A DNA stretch of 64,000 nucleotides from Candidatus Poribacteria bacterium (GTDB lineage Bacteria; Poribacteria; WGA-4E; JAJDTR01): contig CBDCTK010000002.1 of the NCBI GenBank assembly GCA_965222225.1, forward strand, positions 2,752,001-2,816,000. The letters are read 5' to 3'. The position numbers and the translations under genes are program-made. Below the pieces are notes generated by a model. It was not told where the DNA came from, did not search any database, and saw nothing but the letters and a program-made list of their open reading frames with translations. Positions 41,969 through 50,700 of this stretch are shown one piece after another. The first letter of the stretch is position 1. The number at the start of each line of letters is the position of its first letter.

Positions 41969-42074
41969 CCCACCTATCTCGGTCATCGCACACTGCGCGG
42001 ACTGGTGAATAGCCTTCGGTCAAAGGGATGATATAGTTCCGCAACATCCGTCCTTCGACGAAAGGAGAGATAGC

Positions 42075-42374
42075 ATGACCAAACACTACAACCCGGTAGG
42101 TTGGTTCGAGATTCCCGCAATCGACCTGAACAGAGCCAAGAAATTCTACGAAGCCGTGTTGGATGTCCAACTCACTCTCGCCACAATGGGGCAAGTGGAA
42201 ATGGCATGGTTTCCCTCGGTCGAGGATGGAATTGGCTCCTCCGGGACACTAGCGAAGGTCAACGCCAATGGCGGAATGATTCTCACTCCCAAGACCAGCA
42301 TCGGCGAGTACGGCTTTTACGCCTTCTTCGAGGATTCCGAGGGAAATCGCTTGGCATTGCACTCTAGGGAATAA
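42075..42374 (+). pseudogene. VOC family protein with an apparent in-frame internal deletion
   Basis: VGWFEIP..DL.RAKKFY...SGTL joined to AKVNANGG; the usual central segment is missing; FEDSEGNRLALH. Confidence 0.65.
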
Positions 42375-42840
42375 CTTCCTGTAGGGTGGGATCAAGCGAG
42401 TGAATAGCAAGTGCGATAGCAATCCTTTCAAGCGCGTAGGTTGGGTTGAGCGAGACATGGAAAACCACATGTGCGTGGGCTGGAAACCTTCGCGTACCGA
42501 TGCCGCTTCCAGTCTCCGAAATTGTAGCGAAACCCAACACTTCATAACACGCGGATTGGTCCATTTGGATGTTGGGTTTCGCTATAGATATCCCACAAGA
42601 CAATCTGCCTGACAAGCAGTCGCATGGGACAACACAAGGGAGGGATTTCTATCGCACGGGATTTTCTATCGCGGTCACTATCCGTTCCCTTGATCGCTAT
42701 TTACTCGCTTGATCGTTCAACCCAACCTACATGGTTTTATAGGGAACAACGATCGTTGTTCCCTACCTCAACGAAACAATTTCCCGCGTGGAATCCTCAA
42801 TCCCCAAATCAAAGCGGCACAACGATATAAAATAGACTCC

Positions 42841-42869
42841 TTGACCTAACAGAGATGACGTATTAAAAT
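42841..42869 (+). promoter_or_regulatory. Putative sigma70 promoter of the ATPase-TOPRIM operon
   Basis: TTGACC-N17-TAAAAT. Confidence 0.5.
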
Positions 42870-43038
42870 ACAAACTCGCGTCAATAACATACTTGTCATC
42901 CGGCTGCCGCAATGCGAAACGGTGTTGGAGGCGGCCCACGTGATAGACGACACGGGTGAATGTTCATAGGACTTGGGGAACGCAGATCTGCGTTCCCTGC
43001 TGGCAAGTCCCGGTCATATCCCGTATAAGGACTGTAAC

Positions 43039-44319
43039 ATGGCAAAGATAGAAGGTTTCAGAGTACGAAATTTCAAAGTGCTCAAGGATGTGACGCTGGG
43101 GCGACTGTGGAACCTGCAAAAAAAGAAACCCCTCGCCGCTATGACAGCGGTCATCGGCAAGAATGGGGTCGGCAAAAGCGCCTTATTCGATGCGTTCGGC
43201 TTCCTTGCTGATGCCTTAAAGTCTGGTATCGAGGAGGCGTGCGACCAACGGGGGCGAGGCGGCTTTGAGAGGCTGCGATCCCAAGGCGAAACTGCCCCCA
43301 TTGAGTTCGAGGTGTATTATAGAGAACACGGAAACGCCCGGCCAATTACCTACCAGATTGCTATTCAAGCAGACGAGTTCGGCCGCCCATACGTCCTACG
43401 AGAACGCCTCAGACAGAGACGCAAAGGCCAGAAACACGGTCAACCGTTTCCTTTTTTGTTCCTTGAGAACGGCAAGGGCGTGGCGTGGAAGGGGGGACAA
43501 GCAGGGCGTCGGATTGACGAAGAAATGGAGCAACTCGATCTCACCAAGTTGATAGAGTTGATAACGGCAGAGGAATCCAGTGCGACAGAGATTGTCGAAT
43601 TGGAAGATCGGCGCAAACTCGGCAGCGCCACGCTCGGCGCGCTGAAACAGCATTCGAGGATTTCCGATTTTCGCCGGTTTATCGAGGGATGGTATCTCAG
43701 CTATTTCACCCCGGACGCGGCGCGCAGCCTACCGATGGCGGGGCCGCAGCAACACTTTAATTTCCACGGCGACAACCTCGGCAATGTCGTGCAATTCATG
43801 GAGCGCGAACACCCGGGGAGATTCAAGACTATCTTGAATCGCATCGCTGATAAAATTCCGGGCATAGACCGGATTGACACCGAACGAACTTCTGACGGCA
43901 GGCTGCTGCTCCGCTTCAACGACAAAGGTTTTCAGAATCCGTTTCACGCGCAGCAGGTGTCCGACGGCACGCTGAAAGTCTTCGCCTACCTATTGCTGCT
44001 CGAAGATCCGACACCCCACCCGTTCCTGTGCATTGAAGAACCGGAGAACGGATTATACCATAAACTCTTGGAGACTTTGGCGAACGAATTCCGCGAACAC
44101 ACTAGCCGAGGCAGAAGGAGGTCGCAGGTCTTTGTCACCACGCATCAGCCGTACTTCGTTGATGCGCTTGACCCGGAGGAGGTGTGGATTCTGGAGAAGG
44201 GCGCGGACGGCTTTTCGACGATTCGCCGGGCAAGCGACGATCCAACCGTGAACAACATGGTCGCCGAGGGATTGCCGTTGGGAGGTCTCTGGTACAGCGA
44301 TTATCTGGAGGCAAGTTAG
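43039..44319 (+). CDS. ABC-type (AAA_21/AAA_15-like) ATPase
   Basis: IGKNGVGKS, VSDGTL, CIEEPENGL, VTTHQP. Confidence 0.92.
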   Translation: MAKIEGFRVRNFKVLKDVTLGRLWNLQKKKPLAAMTAVIGKNGVGKSALFDAFGFLADALKSGIEEACDQRGRGGFERLRSQGETAPIEFEVYYREHGNARPITYQIAIQADEFGRPYVLRERLRQRRKGQKHGQPFPFLFLENGKGVAWKGGQAGRRIDEEMEQLDLTKLIELITAEESSATEIVELEDRRKLGSATLGALKQHSRISDFRRFIEGWYLSYFTPDAARSLPMAGPQQHFNFHGDNLGNVVQFMEREHPGRFKTILNRIADKIPGIDRIDTERTSDGRLLLRFNDKGFQNPFHAQQVSDGTLKVFAYLLLLEDPTPHPFLCIEEPENGLYHKLLETLANEFREHTSRGRRRSQVFVTTHQPYFVDALDPEEVWILEKGADGFSTIRRASDDPTVNNMVAEGLPLGGLWYSDYLEAS

Positions 44320-44322
44320 TCG

Positions 44323-44967
44323 ATGCGCTTTGAGATTCTGGTGGAAGACCTGTCTGGGAAGAGGGCGCTTGAGGTTCTGATGCCGAAAATCCTCGGCGAC
44401 CAGCATTCTTTCAGGATTATCAATTATCGAGGAGTCGGACACATTCCCAAAAACCTCACGAGTATCGCCGATGCGGGCAAACTGCTTCTGCTCAATCAGC
44501 TTCCCAAGCTACTTCGGGCGTATGGGCGTAGTTCTGACAACAATCCAACGGCGGTGATTGTGGTTTGCGACTTGGATAACAGGTGCCTGAAAACCTTTCG
44601 CCAAGAACTTTTCTCAGTTCTAAATGCATGCAACCCGAAGCCGGAGACTAGGTTTTGCATCGCCGTGGAGGAAGGCGAGTCCTGGTTGCTCGGCGATATC
44701 CCCGCCATCAAGGCAGCCTATCCGAAGGCTAGGGACAACGTACTGAATGGATACAAAAACGACGCGATTTGCGGAACATGGGAACTTCTGGCGGACGCCG
44801 TATTCATCAAAGGCTCAGGCGCACTCAAAAAGCGGGGGTGGCAGGCGGTGGGTCGGGAGAAATCTGCTTGGGCAGAGAATATCGCGCCGCACATGGATGT
44901 AAATGTCAACGCATCGCCCAGATTCCGATACTTTCGGGAAAAGGTTCGAGATCTAACCAAGGGATAA
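44323..44967 (+). CDS. DUF4276-like TOPRIM-fold protein
   Basis: ILVED.S, VVCDLD, EEGESWLLGD, N.SP.F..F; 3 nt after the ATPase stop. Confidence 0.8.
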   Translation: MRFEILVEDLSGKRALEVLMPKILGDQHSFRIINYRGVGHIPKNLTSIADAGKLLLLNQLPKLLRAYGRSSDNNPTAVIVVCDLDNRCLKTFRQELFSVLNACNPKPETRFCIAVEEGESWLLGDIPAIKAAYPKARDNVLNGYKNDAICGTWELLADAVFIKGSGALKKRGWQAVGREKSAWAENIAPHMDVNVNASPRFRYFREKVRDLTKG

Positions 44968-45439
44968 TGTCTAGAAAAAATACCTTTTAGGTGGGACATC
45001 TGCCCCACCTACGGCGGGATTTGACATAATCCCAATGCTAACGCGTGGGAAGGGGATGAGACCCCATGTTTTAGCATTGTTGATTGTGCCGTAGACGCAG
45101 GCACCAGCGGTGATCTTCTATCATCAAATCGAAGATTGGATCCTCACAAGTGTATAAGCAGACCTACGCGGCGGAGATGGCTAACCCCCACCTGTCGCCC
45201 CGCCGGGGCTTGAGGTCTTTGGGGCGCCTGTATTCTATACACCTTTCGCCCTTCTAGGGCTTTAAGAGGCTGGTGGAATCTCTATGGGGGCTCTATCGCG
45301 CTCGTTGTCCACTCGCTTGATCCCGACCTACGGGCTGCGGTGCGACAGGTGTATAGCGACCATAGCACCCCAGCAAAAGATTAACTCAGCCGAGGAAAAT
45401 CTCAGCAAAATCACTGTTACATTAGGGAGGTAGTTGCTA

Positions 45440-46186
45440 ATGGCACGACTGAAAGATAAGATTGTCGTAATTACGGGATCGGGCCTGGGGCTAGGCGAAG
45501 CGATGGCGCTGCTGTTTAGCCGCGAAGGCGCCAAGATAGTCGTCTTTGACATCAACGAGACGGCCGGACGAGAAACGGTGGGGCAAATCCGCGAGCGAGG
45601 GGGCGAGGCAATTTTTGTTCGGGGCGATGTCTCGAATCCGGACGACGCTACCCGCGTGATTCACGACGCTGTCGATGCTTACGGCCGTGTCGATGTCCTG
45701 GTCAACAATGCGGGTGTCCATGTCGACAAGAACGTCCCTGACACGACCGAGGCGGAATGGGACCATGTTCTGGGAGTGAATCTCAAGGGGATTTTTCTGT
45801 GTTCGAAGGCTGCCATACCGCAGATGCGCCGACAAGGCGGCGGGAACATTATCTGCATCTCATCAATCTCGGGTTTAATCGGACAAGTGAACCAAGCAGC
45901 TTACAACGCTTCCAAGCACGGTATCATCGGGCTTGTCAGATGCATGGCGTATGATCACGCCGGAGAGAGCATCCGGGTCAACGCGATCTGCCCCGGAGTG
46001 ATGAATACACCGCTGGTGGCAAGTGTCCCCGAGGAACACATCGCGCCGTATCGAAAGGCGAACTTGTTGGAACGTTTTGCCGAGCCTATTGAAGTCGCGA
46101 ATGCTGCCCTGTTCCTGGCGAGCGACGAGTCGTCGCACGTAACCGGCTCTGCCATGGTCGTTGACGGCGGTTACACCACGAAGTAA
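45440..46186 (+). CDS. SDR family oxidoreductase
   Basis: TGSGLGLG, VNNAG, YNASK, IRVNAICPG, VDGG. Confidence 0.95.
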   Translation: MARLKDKIVVITGSGLGLGEAMALLFSREGAKIVVFDINETAGRETVGQIRERGGEAIFVRGDVSNPDDATRVIHDAVDAYGRVDVLVNNAGVHVDKNVPDTTEAEWDHVLGVNLKGIFLCSKAAIPQMRRQGGGNIICISSISGLIGQVNQAAYNASKHGIIGLVRCMAYDHAGESIRVNAICPGVMNTPLVASVPEEHIAPYRKANLLERFAEPIEVANAALFLASDESSHVTGSAMVVDGGYTTK

Positions 46187-46479
46187 CGCCTCAATGGACA
46201 AACGGCTAAGGGAGTATCAATTGTTAGCAGGTTTCGGTATTAAGTTTATCTTCTGAAGCAACCGGGAAGAATAAGATTGGAAGGGTGGAAGAATGGAAGG
46301 GCGGAAAATTTCCTTCCACGCCGCCGTTAATCCTCTGGAGCGAAAGGATGGAAGCTGAATAGTTGGGTTTCACGGAGTTCAACCCAACGTACAGGCTAGA
46401 TAAAGATCTGCTGGATTTGGCAATCCAGCCGGTGCAGCCGGTGCGCCGGTGTATCATCCCGTGATTGAAAGAGGTAGCC

Positions 46480-47541
46480 ATGCCTGAAAAACTGACCGTT
46501 TTGTTTTTACCCCATCCCCTCGACCCCTCAATGTTTAAACCGTGGGGCGAGGACGTGGTGGCTGCCATCGGTGACCGCCACAATCTGAAAATCTTGGACT
46601 ATAACCAACCCATTGCCCCGCAGTTTGAAGGGGTTGAGGTAGTGATTGACCAAGGCGGTTCCGCGGGCACTCGAGAAATGGCGGACGCAGCCGCGGGCAA
46701 GGTGCGTCTATGGCAGATTCTTGGCACGGGGATCGACCATTTCGATATGGATTACTGGCGCACCAAGAAAATTGCTGTGGCGAACTGTCCGGGACCTTTC
46801 AGCGCCGCGGCTCTGGCAGAATGTGCGATGATGTTCATTCTGATGCTCGCACGGCAGTATCCTATTACCCAGGCGAATCTTAAAGCAGGGCAGATGTATA
46901 AGCCCACGGGGCTGGAACTCGAGGGATTGAAATTGGGCATCGTCGGTTTCGGCGCCAGCGGGATGGAGTTGGCGCGTCGAGCGCTGCCGTTTGGCATGAG
47001 AATCTTTGCGATCGATATTCGCGATGTCGGATCGGATGAGGTGCGCGAGTTCGGCGTGGAATTTGTCGGGAAACCGGCGGATTTGGATAAAGTCCTCGCC
47101 GAGTCCGATATCGTGTCCCTGCATCTACATCTCAACGTTGAAACACGACACACTATCAATGCACGCCGCTTGCGTCTAATGAAGCCGAGGGCGTTTTTGA
47201 TTAATGTCGCTCGCGGGGCGTTGGTGGACGAAGCCGCGCTGGAAGCCGCATTGGTGGAGGGGCAGATTGGTGGAGCCGGCTTAGACGCTTTCAGCCAAGA
47301 GCCGCCGGATACGACCTCGCCGATTTTCAGCTTGCCAAATGTAATTGCGACGCCTCATATCTCCGGCACTACCGATGGCACATCGCGGAAACGGGCACAG
47401 GCGGCGGCTGAGAATGTGGATCGCGTAGCGCTGGACTCGAACCGCTGTACCGCGTGGATTGAGGGATTGATAGTCCACGGCATCCAAGAGTTGGCAGATC
47501 AGATCCCGGTTATCACGGGGCAGCCACTGGGACGGGCTTGA
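46480..47541 (+). CDS. D-isomer-specific 2-hydroxyacid dehydrogenase; 1-nt frameshift near the C-terminus (native stop probably 47460-47462)
   Basis: GIVGFGASG, INVARG, LDAF..EP, TPHISG; the alternate frame gives GLEPLYRVD*. Confidence 0.88.
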   Translation: MPEKLTVLFLPHPLDPSMFKPWGEDVVAAIGDRHNLKILDYNQPIAPQFEGVEVVIDQGGSAGTREMADAAAGKVRLWQILGTGIDHFDMDYWRTKKIAVANCPGPFSAAALAECAMMFILMLARQYPITQANLKAGQMYKPTGLELEGLKLGIVGFGASGMELARRALPFGMRIFAIDIRDVGSDEVREFGVEFVGKPADLDKVLAESDIVSLHLHLNVETRHTINARRLRLMKPRAFLINVARGALVDEAALEAALVEGQIGGAGLDAFSQEPPDTTSPIFSLPNVIATPHISGTTDGTSRKRAQAAAENVDRVALDSNRCTAWIEGLIVHGIQELADQIPVITGQPLGRA

Positions 47542-47650
47542 AGTTCAATATCCGTATTGTGTTCGGCGACGAAACCCTACCAGATCCAGAGGCGGTGGAA
47601 AAGATTAACCAACTCCTCGCCGAGGTGGATGATACACTGAGGCTTAAATG
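47476..47650 (+). pseudogene. Remnant resembling the C-terminus of a DUF499-family ATPase
   Basis: GIQELADQIP then, frameshifted, GLKFNIRIVFGDETLPDPEAVEKINQLLAEVDDTLRLK*; recognised from memory only. Confidence 0.45.
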
Positions 47651-47728
47651 AGGGGAGTAACAACCGAGAACCTCGTGTTCATCATTCGTGATGCACATAA
47701 CCTTGTTAGTTCTTCGGAGCAGTACGCA

Positions 47729-50700
47729 ATGAGATTCGATGAGGTCGAAAGACCAGACGCCATTGGTGAATCCGAGCCTACAGAACAATTGACTAGCTCC
47801 ATGTCCCCGGTTCCAAGTCCCGCTGCTACCGGTGGAGCAGGCACTTTCTTTGAGCAGCACGTTGATGCCTACTGGCTTGGGCTGCTTCTTGTACGAGCCA
47901 TCCCGCCAATATTAATCGACTGCACCTTGGAGCACGTGCATCTGCAAACAAGGCACCTCGGCTGGCAAACGGACGATTTCTTGGTCATGGGTAAAAACGA
48001 ATCGGGACAACAACAGAAACTTGCAGGTCAAGTAAAACGGACCTTCACTGTTAGCGCAAGAGATGCTGAATGCAAAAAGACGATCAAGGCTTTTTGGAAG
48101 GATTTTAAGAATACTCAGCAGTTTTCGTCGGATTCCGATAGGTTTGTCCTTGTTACGCTGCGAGGCACTAATAATCTACTAGTGCACTTCTCGGGGCTCT
48201 TGGACTGCGCACGTGCCTCTCAAGATGGAACTGATTTCGAATATCGGATGGCTCTTCCTAACTTCATCAACAGAAAGTCCGTGCAGTACTGTAATGACAT
48301 CCGGAAGATTGTTAGTGAAATTGAAGACAGAAATGTTTCCATTACTGATATCTGGTCGTTTCTCCGTGTAATGCATGTCCTAAGCCTTGATTTGAATAGC
48401 GCAACGGGCCAAGCAGAAGCAACTATCAAGAGCCTTCTGGCTCATGCCACCAGTGAGCCGGATGCGGTTGGTGTCGCGGATGCCACATGGAATGCGTTAC
48501 TTCGCGTGGTGAGTGAAGGGATGCCGGGCGGACGTAGCTATCGACGCGAGGATTTGCCGGAGGAGTTGATAAATCGTCACCGCCCAATAGCGGACACTGA
48601 GCATAGCGTATTACAGTCGCTAAGCAATCACTCCGCGCTTATATTGGACGGAATTCGGTCAACAATCGGAAGTTTTCATTTGGAACGCCATCATCTTGTG
48701 CAGCAGGTCATTGAACATCTGGAATCTGCCCAAGTCATCCTAATCTCAGGCCCCGCTGGAAGCGGGAAATCTGTCGTTGCCAAGGATGTTCTCCGAACCG
48801 TCCGTGACGATTATTTCACGTTTAGTTTCCGAGCGGAGGAGTTCGCACGCGCCCACTTGGATGAAACGCTGCAAGCAGTCCAAATCTCCGCCAACGCGGC
48901 GACAATCGGGGCTATTCTCGCTGGTCAGGATCGAAAGGTTTTGTTGGTCGAAAGCGTTGAACGGCTGCTTGAAAAACCTACTCGAAATGCTTTTGTCGAT
49001 TTGCTGTCGCTTGTAAAGAAAGACAGGAGTTGGTGTCTCGTGTTGACCTGCCGAGATTATTCAACCAACCTTGTACAATCTGCTTTTTTAGGTCATGAAA
49101 GTGTGGCTCACCCTGTCGTTGCGGTTCCGCCATTAGACGATGAGGAGTTGGAGGAAATCAAAGAGGCCTACCCGTCTCTGGCATATCCTCTAACGAATAC
49201 GCCGCTTCGCCGTGTTCTGAACAACCCCTACCTTCTTGACAAGGCACTGCAGATCGAGTGGTCGGTGGAGCGGCCACTACCTCACAGTGAACAAGAATTC
49301 CGGAAACTATTCTGGCGAGAAATTGTCCGCGCTGATCATCGTCGTACTGGAGGAATGCCTAGCCTGCGGGAGAATGCGTTTGTGGAAGTCGCGCTACGGC
49401 GAGCGCGTGCACTTACCATGTATGTTGCTTGTGAAGGTCTCGATTCGGAAATCGTGGAGGCGCTCCGTCACGACTCTCTTATAGTGTATTCTCAAGAAAG
49501 CAATTCGTTGCTCGCTCCCGCCCATGACGTTATGGAAGACTGGGCGATTCTACACTGGATACAGAAACTGTATTTGAAGCATGAGGGTTCGCTCTGGGAA
49601 CTCTCGGCTGCTATTGGGACCTTCCCTGCCGTACGTCGGACGTATCGGAAGTGGGCAACTGAACTCGTGGAATCAAGCCCCGACGCCTCAGACAGAATGT
49701 TTCAGGACATTGTAACTGAAAGTGGCATTCCTTCTCACTTTCGTGACGACACACTTGTGTCGCTCTTGGACTCATCATCTTCTGCGACATTTTTCGAGAG
49801 GCACGCCGCCGAACTGTTGGCAAACGATAACCAGTTTCTTCGTCAAGTGATACGTATCTTGAGGGTCGCGTGTTTAACTGCTCCCGCTTGGTTGGGTTCG
49901 TTAGCATCCCCCGCATCGGTGATGAATGTTCCTGAGGGACCGGCTTGGGCAAGTGTCTTGCACTTGATTCAAACCCATTTGTCATCATTCACCCAAAAGG
50001 ATAATTACCTTCTTCTGGGACTTATTCAGGATTGGGCTAGGAGTGTTAATTGGCAAAATCCTTATCCAGAAGGAGCCGAGGCAGCTGCCACAATTGCACA
50101 TTGGCTTCTACCATTTTTCCCCAGTTACAGTTCGCGAGAAGAACACAAGATAATTCTACAGATCATTGCGAGAATTCCGAAGGCCAATGCTCATTGCTTT
50201 GACGGGCTTCTCCAAGAATGTCGCGAGAGAGAAATTCAAGGAATCGGGCCAGATCACCTCTTACAGATTATTTTCGCCGACGTACATGGTATGCCTCTGG
50301 TCAGGGACATGCCTGACCTCGCTATTTCTGCCGCTAAAGATTATCTATTGTGTTCGGAACCATCTCTTCAATCGCAATGGGTCTACGAACGACATCTGGA
50401 ATTAGAGCCGTTGTTCGGGATTAAGAAAAACAGACACTTTGGCTTTTTTCCCGCAAGTGCGCTTCACGGTCCATTTCTCCCCCTCCTCCAACACCACCCG
50501 TATCAAGGAGTTGATTTCATAGTTGAGGTATTTAACCACAGCGCGGACTGGTACGCGCACCCAAGGTTGGAATACGGTAATGTTGAACGTCCTTTTGAGA
50601 TAACACTGACATTCGCTGATCGTACATCAAGGTCGCAGTGGTGTAACCCACGACTTTGGAACCTTTATCGAGGCACCTCGGTCGGCCCTTATGTTCTCCA

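Noticed and set aside
25760-42400. Integron cassette array (many small co-oriented genes; GTTAGGC at ~26530)
   Set aside because: No intI, and I could not find paired RYYYAAC/GTTRRRY attC structures after the genes; several genes have their own promoter-like sequences.
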